A stretch of 64,000 nt of DNA from Octopus sinensis (Eukaryota): contig NC_043003.1 of the NCBI RefSeq assembly GCF_006345805.1, positions 65,348,001 through 65,412,000 on the forward strand. The letters run 5' to 3'. The notes under the pieces were generated by a model. The model did no database searches. It was not told the origin of the DNA and saw only the letters and a list, made by a program, of their open reading frames with translations. Shown piece by piece: positions 23,985 to 37,427 of the stretch. A program made the translations under genes and the position numbers. The first letter of the stretch is position 1. Each line of letters starts with the position of its first letter.

Positions 23985-24330
23985 ATCATACGCTGGTTCT
24001 GTTTTACTTCTTTCTTCTTTATTTGTCAATTGGCTAATTTTATAACAAATTAATTAATCAACCGATTGATTAATAGTTCAGTTAATCGCACAATCAGCAA
24101 GATTGTCAGTCCTTTCGTTGTCGTTTCCTACCGCATCTACCGCAAATCCAAAGCAGACCTCGATTAGAGAGGACATTTAATTGAGGAGTTTGTGAATGTC
24201 AACAAAAGGACTTTGACATAACTAACTGATTCATTGATTAACAAAACGATTAATTAAACAATCGATTAGTTAATTGGATAAATACGTGACTAATTGACAC
24301 ATAAAGAAGAGAAATAGTACCACTGCGTAT
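23985..24330. mobile_element. Degenerate fold-back/MITE-like element
   Basis: Imperfect inverted arms (tacgctggttctg...ttcttttatttgtcaattggc vs actaattgacacataaagaagagaaatagtaccactgcgta). Confidence 0.45.
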
Positions 24331-24339
24331 ATTTATTAT

Positions 24340-24480
24340 TTAATTTCAAGTTTTGCCACAGGACCAACAATTTCGGGGGAGGGGTACGTTGATTACATCG
24401 ACCCCGGCGTCAAACTGACACCTATTTGATTGACTCCCATATGAAAGGCAATTTCGACCTCGGGTTAATTTTAACTGAGA
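24340..24480 (-). mobile_element. SINE family B fragment
   Basis: ttttgccacaggaccaacaatttcggggg...acatcgacccc...ttcgacctcgg. Confidence 0.7.
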
Positions 24481-25046
24481 GCATTAAGACAGACGAAATG
24501 CCGTTAATCATTCAGCCCGGCGTGTTAGCGATTCTGCCAACACATAGGGTTTATTGTTGGTACAATAACCCTCGAGAGATATACCGCAATATCTTTCAAC
24601 ACACGATTTCCCATTCAGAATTTTGCAAATCAAAAACAAAAATAAGACATTATAAACCTCTAATCTAACTCACATAATTTACGCTGGTTTAATCATTCGT
24701 TCTTTCTTCGGGTGTTGATGAAATTTTGAGGTAACCTGAAGCGGTAACTGTCGCGTTTGAATATGCATGCATTTAGAATGAGCAATAGATATTTATATAA
24801 CCTGAGAAAATGTACTTGAAGACGTATTAAGCTCAAGATCGTGGTTTCCAATTCCGGTCCGGGCGGTGCGTTGTTTTTGAGCAAAACCCTTCAGTTCACA
24901 CTGTTCTGATCTATTCGGCTATAAATGTGTGACCCTTCAAGGTCACTGCCGTTCAACGGGAATATTGCTATCTCGGTCAATAATTCACCATGGAAACAGG
25001 GTGAGCGGAACTATGAATACCGGGACTCGAGTCAATAATGTGGAAG

Positions 25047-25388
25047 GGATGATGATGATGATGATGACGAGGACGACGACGGTGATCATGATATGATGAC
25101 AATTGTCATAGCGATGACGACAACGACGATGATGATCCTGAAGATGGTCATGATGAAGATGATGATGATGATGATGATGAAGGTGATGATGATGATGACG
25201 ATGACGACGACAGCGATGATGACGACGACAGCGTTGATGACGATGACGTAGATGATGATCATAAGGATGATATGATGACGATGATCATGGCGATGACAAT
25301 GACGAAGACGACGACGATGATAATCATGATAATGATGACGACGATGATCATGACGATGATGACGACGATGACGATGATGATGATGAGG
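25047..25388 (+). repeat. Degenerate (GAT/GAC)n trinucleotide array
   Basis: ~340 bp; the poly-Asp frame is broken by 1-nt deletions (gatatgatg). Confidence 0.9.
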
Positions 25389-25829
25389 TTAGTCTCGCGA
25401 GACTATGCATCTGCTCTTGGAAAGTGAAAGTTTACTCTCTAAGTGTGAAAAAGATAGTAAATCTACAGCGGAAGTTAAAAACAAATTACAAAACTAGCTT
25501 TCTCACATTACACGACACAGGCACGAACTCATTACATTACAATTTGCAAATATAATTAACGACGAAGCAAAATAAAACGGGAAAAACCCTACAAAACCTA
25601 AACAAGCGTTCTGAAAGAATCGATATTGAAATTCAAACAAAAAAAAAAAAATTATATATTTAAATTTGGAAATAAAAGTAAAATTTAAACTGGAAATCTC
25701 AAACAAAAACATGCGTGCACACATATACAAATTTATACTTGTACAAATAAAGGGTTATAAAAGGAAAAAAAAAAAACGTTTTGTATTTATATTGTGTTAT
25801 ATTTAGCCATAAATTAAAATATTCAACGA

Positions 25830-26000
25830 ACACGCGATCCCTGTAACTATTGGCACAGATTTCATTTAATACCCGCTTTCTTTCCTTTCTCTTTGAACTG
25901 CGTTCCGGTTTGAAGTTGGTGGGTTTCCTTTTCGTCAACGCCATCTTGTTCCTTTTTGTTTTTATCCTTTTATTTATTCTAGTAGTTATTCCCCCCACCC
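25830..26000 (-). promoter_or_regulatory. Possible promoter/first exon with YY1-type AAGATGGCG motif
   Basis: AAGATGGCG at 25947-25939 in unique CpG-containing sequence; ORF MALTKRKPTNFKPERSSKRKERKR follows; no strong donor. Confidence 0.25.
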
Positions 26001-26619
26001 ACTCCCCATCTTTTTTGTTTTGTTTTTGTTTTTACATTTCTTTTCTCTTTTCGTACATAAGATCAAAAGGTCAGTGTTGATCGGATCGTTTTAACTTGGA
26101 GCTAAAAGAATCTCTGAAACACAATCGTTACACAAAAGCACTTGTCCCGGAAATCCATCATACGGCTTCTGATATCTAACATACACAGTTGAGGCATAAC
26201 AAATACTCAATCACCCACCGGTAATGAAAAGAGGTGGAAGCATTATTATTCCAGCATCTTCACGTAAAGTTTATGTAATTTTGAGAAGCTATTTTAGTAA
26301 ATAGCGAAATTTATTCTTGTGCTTCTTATTTTATTTTAAAGTTAGTATTAGTTTATGATAGCCACTGTCATTAAACAGCGAATATGGTAAAAGAGTCTAT
26401 TAGCATAATACTGATTATATGAGATTTTAATGAAAATTTGTAATTCATCATCTCCTATTGTGAGATCGTTGAAATTGTCGAAAGCTATTGTTTTCCGTTA
26501 CGAGTGGAAATGAAACAACAGAACACTTACATTTATAACTTCTCATTGCTTGTGCATCAGAAAAGTCGAGTGAATTTTCACCAAACAAAAATAAGCGGAA
26601 AAGGAAGAAATAATAACAA

Positions 26620-26895
26620 TAGTTTAAAATTTTGGCACAAGGCCAGCAGGTTTGGAGGAGGGGGATAAGTCAATTACGTCTACCCCCCCCAGTGTTTAAC
26701 TGGTACTTATTTCATCGACCTTCAAAGGGATGGGTGTGTGGTTAGTAGCTTGCTTACCAACCACATAGATCTGGGTTCAGTCTCGCTGCGTGGCACCTTC
26801 GGCAAGTGTCTTCTACTATAGCTTCGGGCCGACCAAAGCCTTGTGAGTGGATTTGGCAGACACAAACTGAAAGAAGCCCGTCGTATATCTGTCTG

Positions 26896-26966
<71 letters not shown>

Positions 26967-26979
26967 CTCTATCTGTCTA

Positions 26980-27020
<41 letters not shown>

Positions 27021-27560
27021 CTATCTGTCTATCTATCTATCTATCTACATATATATATACATATATATACATATATATATATGGGAGGTGTATGTTTGTG
27101 TGTCTGTTGACAACGGATGCTGGTGTGCTTACATGCCCGTAACATAGCGGTTCAGTAAAAGAGAATAAATATTTGGCTTACAAAGAATAAGTCCTGGGGT
27201 CGATTTGTTCGACTAATGGTAGTGCTCCAGCATGGCCGCTGTCAAATAACTGAAAGAAGTGTAAGAATAAAAGAATCGGCGGAATTTGAACTCAGAAGGA
27301 AACGAGAGACGAAATGCCGCGAATTATTTCGCCCTGTAGGCTGACGATTCTACCAGTTCACTGCCTTAAAGAAAAAAGAAAGAGAAAAAAGAGAAAGAAT
27401 AATAGCCTTTCTACTAAAGACACAAAGCCTGAGGTTTGGAGGTAGGGATTGTCGATTACATCGACCCCAAAAGGATGAAAAGCATAGTGGACCTCGGCGG
27501 AATTTGAACCCAGGGAGTAAAGATGGACGAAATGCTAACGATTCTGCCATCTCACCACTT
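26620..27560. mobile_element. SINE cluster: family B (-) 26620-26730, family A (+) 26735-27272 with internal (TATC)n, family B (-) 27280-27560
   Basis: Diagnostic heads and cores as in the other copies. Confidence 0.85.
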
Positions 27561-27595
27561 TAGAAAGAATAATGATAATCCTTTCTACTATTGGT

Positions 27596-27942
27596 ACAAT
27601 TGAAATTTTTACCATTAAGACTGAATAAGAGACCTGAATAAGTAGAAATCCGAAGGAGCAATATCTGGTGAATATGGATGGTGGGGTAACATATCCCAGC
27701 CGGGCTACAGCAATTTTTGTCTGGCTCCCAAAACGTCAAGTGCCGAAAAGGAACTTTATCGTCCATTTTAAAGGGTTACAGAATTAACACAGGTTATAGG
27801 AACATAAACCTTCCACGAAAAGATAGCTTAAACTGTGTTCTAAATGGAGTAGTCAAATCCTATTTCATGAACTCAACCATATTCTAAAATAGGTCTAAAG
27901 ATAAACTGCTATAAATCGGCACGAACTTTCCGGACAACCCAA
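27596..27942 (-). mobile_element. Internally deleted mariner, one TIR retained
   Basis: TIR aaatcggcacgaactttccggacaacccaa-TA at 27913-27944; the N-terminus MDDKVPFRH is fused to the QKLLQLGWDML..YSP..APSDF segment; same deletion as 58146-58705. Confidence 0.88.
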
Positions 27943-28069
27943 TAGAAATACCTTTCGCATATTTGATTAAAAGTGTTGGATTGTTTTGCAGACCTCTATG
28001 TTATCTTGGCGTTTTTACGTGAGTTGATTCTGTTGTTGATGTAAGTGCCATATCGGTCCTAACCAATAC

Positions 28070-28138
28070 CTCTGTACAACCCACAAGCAGAGGCTCTTTG
28101 TGTGGACACTTGCCCTGTTAGATATAGTAGCAATATGT
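28070..28138 (-). CDS. Candidate 69-nt internal exon
   Basis: Acceptor cttttcgttatgtgtgtattttaaaag|, donor GAG|gtattg; two open frames (HIATISNRASVHTKSLCLWVVQ or ILLLYLTGQVSTQRASACGLYR). Confidence 0.3.
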
Positions 28139-28746
28139 CTTTTAAAATACACACATAACGAAAAGTGTATCTGATACAGTAGGTTTGAAAACAAAATAGA
28201 ATTTTCTTGGATACACAATGCCATAAAAATTCAAGTCAGTTGGATATGTTTTGAGGGAGATTCTGGTTTCTATTTCTTCCAGCCTGTGTGACAGTTTTGT
28301 AGTTCCGATATTGGTTCATGTTGTTTTTTCATATTAAAGCTATAAATGTGTAGTTACAGAAATTAGCTAAAGCAGAATAGATATGTTAGAGCAAGTATAC
28401 ACTTAGAATAACTAATCAATATTATTTGCATTGGTTTCAAGTTGTTTAGATCGTATAATTAACATATATGCGTATCATTGTAGCTAATTATAAACACAAC
28501 TTAATTTGAAGTGTTAAAAAACTACACACACATATATATATATATTAAAAAATTCTCAAATATGCTATTTTCCAATATTGATTTCACTATTCCATACGAG
28601 ACGTCGCAGCATTCAAAATACATTGTTAAAACACAAAAGAGTGATGTGTACTATATTCCACTTCTCGTTAACACTATGAGATAGAAAGTAACGATTTTTT
28701 ACGTAAAATAAATGCTCTGCTTCTACTTGTTACCCATTGAAAGTTC

Positions 28747-29095
28747 GTACTAAGAGTCTGAGTGATATAAAGTTATATTTGCAACAAATGTGTGTGAGTG
28801 TGTGTGTGTGTGTGTGTGAATATACACGTATATCCATGTATATATATGTGTTGTGTGTATGTGTGTGTGTGTATTGGGATATGAGTGTATATGTATGTGT
28901 GTGTATATGTACATATATTATATAAATATGTACATATATATTATATATATGTACATATACACACACATACATATACACTCATATCCCAATACACACACAC
29001 ACATATATATACATGGATATACGTGTATATTCACACACACACACTCACACACATTTGTTGCAAATATAACTTTATATCACTCAGACTCTTAGTAC
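28747..29095. repeat. ~350 bp near-perfect palindrome
   Basis: gtactaagagtctgagtgatataaagttatatttgcaacaaatg... mirrored by ...catttgttgcaaatataactttatatcactcagactcttagtac; centre ~28921. Confidence 0.92.
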
Positions 29096-29114
29096 ATATA
29101 TATACATACATATT

Positions 29115-29187
<73 letters not shown>

Positions 29188-29307
29188 TATACAATATATA
29201 TATATGCATATGTATATGCATATATACATATAAACGCACACACACACACACATATATACGCATGTATACATATATATATACATATGCATCTTCCAAGCTG
29301 CAATTGT

Positions 29308-29374
<67 letters not shown>

Positions 29375-29737
29375 AATAGATAGATAGATAAAGATAGATA
29401 GATATATATAGATCTAGTTATAGACATGCATATGTACATATACATATATGCGTGAATGCGTGTGTGCGTATGTAAAAGAAAAGCTACAGAAACTGAATTC
29501 AACTAATGGTTTTTCAAGAATCATGAAGGAAGAAAAATAAATTATTATTCATCTTCATGCCTACCGCAATCAACCTAAAGTGATTAATCTACGCAGTAAA
29601 TTAAGCTTTACCCCGCTTGCTTGGAACTCGCTACATCTCTTTCTAACGAGATACATCGCTGGTTATACATTACATTACTACATCGGTTTTCGAATCACTC
29701 TGATCGCGAATAAATTGTGGCTCATGCATGCATACAT

Positions 29738-29770
<33 letters not shown>

Positions 29771-29795
29771 AACATACACACACACACACACAAAC

Positions 29796-29826
<31 letters not shown>

Positions 29827-29829
29827 TAC

Positions 29830-29993
29830 AACGGGCTTCAGTTTCCGTCTACCAAATTCACTCACAAGGCTTTGGTCGGCCCGAGACTATAACTATAGTA
29901 CGAAACACTTGCCCAAGGTGCATTACAGTGGGACTGAATCCGGAACCATGTGTTTAGTAAGCAAGCTACTTACCACACAGTCACGCCTACGCC

Positions 29994-30038
<45 letters not shown>

Positions 30039-30340
30039 CACGTGATCACGTGACCGACCAGACCATCATATGTTGTTACACATCGTTGGTCACAATGCGT
30101 TCGCATTGTTTTAGCCTTCGAATGACGCCACCCCGCTGGCTAAGCGAGCAGGACAACAGAAGAAAGAGTGAGAGAAAGAGTGGTGAAGGAGTACAGCAGG
30201 GATCAGCACCCCCTGCCGAATGCCTCGTGGAACTTTTAGGTGTTTTCGCTCAATAAACACACACAACGCCCGGTCTGGGAATCGAAACCGCGATCCTACG
30301 ACCGCGAGTTCGCTGCCCTAACCAATGGGCCATTGCGCCT

Positions 30341-30345
<5 letters not shown>
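29830..30345 (-). mobile_element. SINE family A head (29830-29995) and SINE family C full copy, tail type 2 (30040-30345)
   Basis: Minus-strand ggaggcgcaatggcccattggttagggcagcg...tttcgattccc head; tail ends ggtcacgtgatcacgtga. Confidence 0.85.
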
Positions 30346-30392
<47 letters not shown>

Positions 30393-31721
30393 TCCGTAAT
30401 GGGAGAGATTGCCTGACGCAGCTACTGCATCATTTTGATGACATTTTGAGAGCCTTGGGAGAGGGTTCCAACACTGATGTCTCTACCTTGATTTCAGCAA
30501 GGCCTTTGACAGGGTTGATCAAAAGATCCTTCTGAGAAAGCTGTCCAATATTTGTGTCACTGGAAAGCTGCTGCAATGGATCAAGCTTCCTCTCTAACAG
30601 AACCCAACATGTTGTAGTCGAAGGAGTCAAATCCAGCCCAGCCAAAGTCAGCAGTGGTGTCCCACAAGGCACTGTGCTGGGCCCACTTCTCTTCATCATC
30701 TACATAAATGATATTACTGACACCATCAAACACAGCAACATCAGAACCTTCGCTGATGATTCCAAGCTCCAGAAGGTCATCAAGGGCGTGGATGACCGAA
30801 TAAACCTTCAGTCAGACCTACTGGCTGTTGTCCAATGGGCGGAAAAGAATAACATGTTGCTAAATGAAGACAAATTCGAACTGATCCACTTTGGAAGGGA
30901 GGACGCTCTGAAACTCCCATATCTCTTCCTTCTGGAGAAATTCTCATGGCATCCAACAACATCAGAGACCTGGGAGTAACAGTGGACAACAACAAAGCTG
31001 GGCTACACATATAAGCAGCAAAGTTGACATGGCCCGCAGAATGTGGTTCCTGGATTCTCAGAACCTTCCAGTCGAGAGATTCCCACGCTATTATCCTTCT
31101 CTTCTCCACTTTTGCCCGACCCCACCTTGAATACTGCTGTCCACTGTGGTCTCCCTACACAAAACAAAATATTATGAGAATTGAAGCTCCCCAAAGGTCA
31201 ATCACAAAAAGATAGATGGCATGTCAGACTTGACTACTGGGGTAGACTAGAGAAGCTGAATTGTATTCACTCCAACGACGCCGTGAACGCTACATTATCT
31301 GTATGATGTGTGGAAAATATTCCATCAGCACTGTCCGAATGATGTTGGCATCACCTCAAAATGCCATCCAAGGCTTGGACCACGTGCCATCCGTCCACAA
31401 CAAAAATCTAAATCGCATCACATAACGACAATACGGCACAACTATTTCACCCAATGGACCCGCTCTCTTCAACATTACACCAGGACACGTCAAAAAAGAA
31501 ACTGACCACACAAAATTCAAGAAGTCTTTGGACAAATTCCTTCAACAACAGTACCGGACAAACCACCCACACCCGGATATGTCTCCGCAAACAATAACTC
31601 TCTGCTCGAAGGGGCCTTGGTGCCAAAATCCTGAACTGAAAGACTTCGCCAGGTGGTGCTATTAAGTTAGAGATGGCCTGGGCCAATACTGGCCAAAACC
31701 TTTCTAAGTTATTCTAAGTTA
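30393..31721 (+). mobile_element. 5'-truncated CR1/L2-like LINE, family CR1-B
   Basis: FRNGRDCLTQLL, SGVPQGTVLGPLLFIIYIND, FADDSK and RPHLEYCCPLWSP motifs; frameshifts; (ttctaagtta)2 tail. Confidence 0.93.
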
Positions 31722-31733
31722 TATATATATAGA

Positions 31734-31762
<29 letters not shown>

Positions 31763-31765
<3 letters not shown>

Positions 31766-32974
31766 TAATCTCGACTTTGCAAAAGCCTTTGATAAAGTCG
31801 ATCATGGTATGATCTGTCACAAACCTGCGTGGTCTCGGCATAGGCGGGAGACTTGGAGAGGGGCTGCACAACTTCCTAAAAGACAGAAACAAGCAGTGTG
31901 TGAGCAATGGAGCCACCTCCAAGGAACGGAATAACAAGTGGTGTCCCACAGGCACTGTCTTGGGGCCACTGATGTTCATAGTGGCCCTTTCAGACATGCC
32001 TTCAGTTGCTACGATGACCACCCTTGCTAGCTATGGAGATGACACAAAAGTCTCCCACGCAATACAAAACCTGAAAATATTGCGCATCTGCAACATGAGC
32101 TGGACACAAATACAGTTGGCTGAGGACAACAACATGCAGTTTAATGCAAGGTAAGTTCCCAGGCCCTGCGCTACTGGCACACAAGGTAAATGACGTGAAG
32201 ACTGGATACACTGGCCCAGAAGAATTGCAATCCCTGAGTCAAAATCAGTGCGTGACTGGGCATTGACATGAGCAATGATGCATCTTTCCAAATGCATATT
32301 GCTAATCTGGTGATAAAATGCAGACGGCTAGCTGGATGGATTCTCCGAACATTCAGAACATAGAGAAGGAGACACTGATGGTCCTATGGAAACATTCGTC
32401 CTCAGCCGCTTGGACTACTGCTCCCCTTTGGTCACCACCAATATAAAGCTAACAGCGGAACTCGAGGCAAATCAGGAAGCTACACAAAGAAAATCGTCTC
32501 AATGCAAAATATCAGCTACTGGAAAAGACTAGAGCGGAGGCGGGAGAGATATGCGGTGATATACATCTGGAAGATCCTGGAGGGTCTTGTCCCAAACTTT
32601 GGCATTGAAAGTTACTCCAACCGCAGAACGGATTCCAACGCCAAGGATTCCAACATCACCATCAAAATACAGGTCCAGATACTGCAACAGCTTGGGTTTC
32701 AGAAGACCACGGCTCTTTAACATCCTCCCTAAGTGTCTGAGAGACTTGCATGGTGTGGATGTGGCTTTCTTTAAAACTAAACTGGATCTCTTTTGTAAGT
32801 CCCAAATGAGCCTACCTCACAACAGGAACGCGGATGCGGCATCAGCATCGAACTCCCTTGTTGATCAAGTGCCACGTATCAGAGGTGGATTCCCAAATTA
32901 GTGTAGCTCATTCAGCGTGGTGCCCCAGCATGGCCGCGGCCTTCGGCTAAAACATTTTTAAGGATTTTTAAGGA
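31763..32974 (+). mobile_element. 5'-truncated CR1/L2-like LINE, family CR1-A, second copy
   Basis: LDFAKAFDKVDHG, GTVLGPLMF and SYGDDTKV motifs; 3' part near-identical to 4212-5190; (ttttaagga)2 tail. Confidence 0.93.
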
Positions 32975-33247
32975 TATATATATATTGTATATAATATATA
33001 TATTATATATATATGTAATGTATATATATAATATATTTATGTATAATGTTATGTATATATATATGGGTATATGTATATATATATATTTATATGTATATAT
33101 ATATAATATTGTATATATAATATATATATTTATGTATATATATATATATATGTATTTGGTATATATATATATATATATCTATGTATTGTATATATAGATA
33201 TATATATATATATGTATGTGTATATATATATATGTATATTATATAAT

Positions 33248-33313
<66 letters not shown>

Positions 33314-33540
33314 TATATATATAGATATGGAATATAATATATATATGTATATATATATATATATGTATATTAATATGATATGTATATATATATATGTATA
33401 TATGTATATATAATGTATATGTATAGATATGTATATGTATATATATAGTTATATATATATATATGTATATATATGTATATGTATAGTTATTATATATGTA
33501 TATTATATATATATATAATGTATATATATATATATATATA

Positions 33541-33587
<47 letters not shown>

Positions 33588-33589
33588 AT

Positions 33590-33620
<31 letters not shown>
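32975..33620. repeat. Long degenerate (TA)n array
   Basis: Direct reading. Confidence 0.95.
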
Positions 33621-33623
<3 letters not shown>

Positions 33624-34185
33624 GGAAGTTGCGCTATTTGTTCGTGATCAGAGTTGTTTAGAAACCGAGGTTCTACTGTATTTCTATACAATTCCAACTG
33701 GTCATAATATTAATCAATTCAAATGTCTCTTCGTTTGATATAACCACTCCTGTATTTGTTATATTAATTCCACTGTTATTCATATCCTTCCTTTATATTC
33801 CTTCTGGTCCTAATCGGTTTACTTACTGTTTGGCTTGTGCTCATTATTTAATCACTCTTCATATAGCATTATTTTTACATCATGGAATTTATATAATTCT
33901 TCATGTTTATCTGTTATAGTTAACCATAGTTGATTAATACATCATAATTGTTAATATGTATTTACATATACATATGTATACACACATACAGAACTACTGT
34001 ATTATATATGTTATTATATTACTATCTTACTATAATAATATATTACTATAGTTGATTACTTATTATCCAGATGCATAATCCGAGTGCACTACTTTATAAA
34101 GATTCTAATATTTTCCGTTATCATTATGACTATATTAATATCTAGAAGAATAACACGTAAAAATAAATTTTGGATTGAAATTTGG

Positions 34186-34186
<1 letters not shown>

Positions 34187-34255
<69 letters not shown>

Positions 34256-34280
34256 ATCTATCTATCTATCTATCTATCTA

Positions 34281-34320
<40 letters not shown>

Positions 34321-34398
34321 TCTATCTGTCTGATGTCTGTCTGTCTGATGTCTGTCTGTCTGATGTCTGTCTGTCTATCTATCTATCTGTCTGATGTA

Positions 34399-34431
<33 letters not shown>

Positions 34432-34572
34432 GTCTGTCTGATGTCTGTCTGTCTGTCTATCTATCTGTCTGTCTGATGTCCGTCTGTCTGTCTGTCTGTC
34501 TATCTATCTGTCTGATGTCTGTCTGTCTATCTGTCTGTCTATCTATCTGTCTGATGTCTGTCTGTCTATCTG

Positions 34573-34633
<61 letters not shown>

Positions 34634-34710
34634 TTGATGTCTGTCTGTCTGTCTATCTATCTATCTGTCTGTCTGATGTCTGTCTGTCTGTCTTTCTGTC
34701 TGTCTACGTA
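34187..34710. repeat. (TATC/TGTC)n array with recurring ctgatgtctg variant units
   Basis: Direct reading. Confidence 0.95.
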
Positions 34711-34759
34711 GCTAACTAGCTAGCTAACTGCGGCTTTAATTCCACAAAGGCGTTCTACA

Positions 34760-34859
34760 NNNNNNNNNNNNNNNNNNNNNNNNNNNNNNNNNNNNNNNNN
34801 NNNNNNNNNNNNNNNNNNNNNNNNNNNNNNNNNNNNNNNNNNNNNNNNNNNNNNNNNNN
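34760..34859. other. Assembly gap (100 N)
   Basis: Exactly 100 Ns, typical of an unsized scaffold join. Confidence 0.99.
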
Positions 34860-34919
34860 ACATACCGAAGTTTTGAATAGCAGCCAAAAAACCTTAGCTA
34901 TTTCTTCTACTTTAAAAAG

Positions 34920-35146
34920 ATTGTGTGTCTGTGTTTGTCCCCCCAACATCGTTTGACAACCGATGCTGGTGTGTAAACGTCCTCGGTTCGGCAAGAGAGA
35001 CCCAATATAATAAGTACTAGGCTTACAAAGAATAAGTCTTGGGGTCGATTTGCTCGACTAAAAGCGGTGCTCCAGCATGGCCGCAGTCACATGACTGAAA
35101 CAAATAAAAGAATAAAAGAAAAGAATATATATAATATATATATATC

Positions 35147-35185
<39 letters not shown>

Positions 35186-35664
35186 ATATAACACGCGCAC
35201 ACACAAAAGTCCATGAATGTATATGTGTGTACTCTTGGTGAGAAGTCACTGATATAGCCGTAGACTTCCTGGCATTTCGTTCTGTCTTCAAATTCCACCG
35301 ATTGTCGACATTGCTCTTCATCCTTTGCGGTCGATGAAGTAAGTACCAGTGAAATTCTGGGATCAACGTAATCGTCTTAGCCCCTCGTCCGAATTTACTG
35401 GCACAAGGCCAGAAATTTTGGCTTGGGACTATACAGTTTCTTTTTCTAATTGTTTCAGTCATTTGACTGCGGCCATGCTGAAGCACCACATTTAGTCGAG
35501 CAAATCGACTCCCAGGACTTATTCTTTGTAAGCCTAGTGCTTATTCTGTCGTCACTTTGGCCGAACCGCTACGTTACAGGGACGTAGACACACCAGCGTC
35601 GGTTGTCAAGAGATGTTGGGGGAACAGATACAGACACACAAACATATACACACACACACACACA

Positions 35665-35715
<51 letters not shown>

Positions 35716-35880
35716 CATATATACGACGGGCTTCTTTCAGTTTCCGTCTACCAATTCCAATCACAAGGCTTTGGTCGGCCCGAGGCTATAGTAGAAGACA
35801 ATTGCCCAAGGTGCTACGCAGCGGGACTGAACCCGGATCCATGTGGTTGGTAGGCAAGCACAGCCATTCCTGCGCCTCTT
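34920..35880. mobile_element. SINE cluster: family A 3' half (+) 34920-35125, family B (-) 35300-35420, family A (-) 35440-35880
   Basis: Diagnostic motifs as in the other copies. Confidence 0.85.
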
Positions 35881-35898
35881 TGTTAAAATCCAACTTAC

Positions 35899-35928
35899 TA
35901 AATGAGGATAAAATAGTCTCGCAGAACT
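35899..35928 (-). CDS. Candidate 30-nt microexon
   Basis: Acceptor atattttctacaaactactag|, consensus donor TTA|gtaagt; all three frames open. Confidence 0.2.
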
Positions 35929-36277
35929 CTAGTAGTTTGTAGAAAATATATAGATTGAGCGAGTAATGAAAATACAAATGATGCAAACACAATTAAAGAT
36001 ATGGCTGGAAAACATTTAAATGAAGGCTGAACTTTAAAGCTGTTACAGACAGTCACCGACCGGTTGAATTATAATGCATATTCTGCAAACTGCTGCACAT
36101 AATGAAGCAATAATTATGCACAGACTGAAATATCAGTAGTTTGCTTGAAGCATTGTGTGCGAGTAAGTGTACAATTGAATTTTAGGAACACATACTACCA
36201 CAGCTTATGCTTCAAATTATGCTTATCAAAGTGTCTGGCATAACAACTCGAATTTTTATGGAGTGGACATAAATGTA

Positions 36278-37165
36278 TTCTTTTACTCTTTTACTTGTTT
36301 CAGTCATGTGACTGTGGCCATGCTGGAGCACCGCCTTTAGTCGAGCAAATCGACCCCAGGACTTATTTTTTGTAAGCCTAGTACTTATTCTATTTGTCAC
36401 TTTTTGCCGAACCGCTAAGTTACGGGGACGTAAACACACACCAGCATCGGTTGTCAAGCGATGTTGGGTGAATAAACGTAGACACACAAACATATACACA
36501 CATACATACATACATACATACATACATACATACATACATACATGCATACATACATACATACACACATACATACACACATACATACATACACATATATATA
36601 TATAATATATATATATTATATATATATATAATATATATTAATATATACATCAATAAATGGTGGGGTTGTGTTGACCGCACTGGAGAAATGATAGGCAAGG
36701 AATAATTATAAAAGGCAGGATGCTAAATTGAAGGTAAATTTTAATGAAAATGGGTGTATGGAAAATTTCCAAAAAAAAATAACAAATGCGACTTTTCAAG
36801 AATTGTAAGGTGAAAATAATTTTTTTTTATAATTGAGGAGGGGGAAAAAAGAAAATTACATTGTTTTTTGCAAAAAATAATAAACATATACAAAAATTAA
36901 AAAATAGGTACACCGATACATTGTAAAGTCTTTGTGTGTCTCGAGTTCAATGATCGTTCTTGGAAAATTTACCTTGGAGGGTTGATATATATATACAAAT
37001 ATACCACGGGCTTCTTTCAGTTTCCGTCTACCAAATCCACTCACAAAGCTTTGGTCAACCCAAGGCTAAGGTAGAAGCCACTTGGCCAAGGTGCCACGAA
37101 GTTGGACTGAAGCCGGAACCATGTAATTCGTAAGCAAGCTACTTACCACACAGCCACTCCTACGC
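36278..37165 (-). mobile_element. SINE family A copy with expanded internal microsatellite and an unrelated insert
   Basis: 3' half 36278-36485, head 36995-37165. Confidence 0.8.
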
Positions 37166-37427
37166 CTATATGATCTCAGGTAAAGGGACATCACCTTAAA
37201 AAACGCAAATGAGGTAAAGGTTTCAAACTTTTATTCACTTAAATCTAATTATAAAAGGAAATCTATAGAAACAATAACGTCTGCGTAAGCGGTACACCGG
37301 GATATTGGCAACCATCTTGTATACATGCAAACATACAAGCATGCATACATACATACATACATACATACATACATACATACATACATACATACATACATAC
37401 ATACATACATACATACATACATACATA

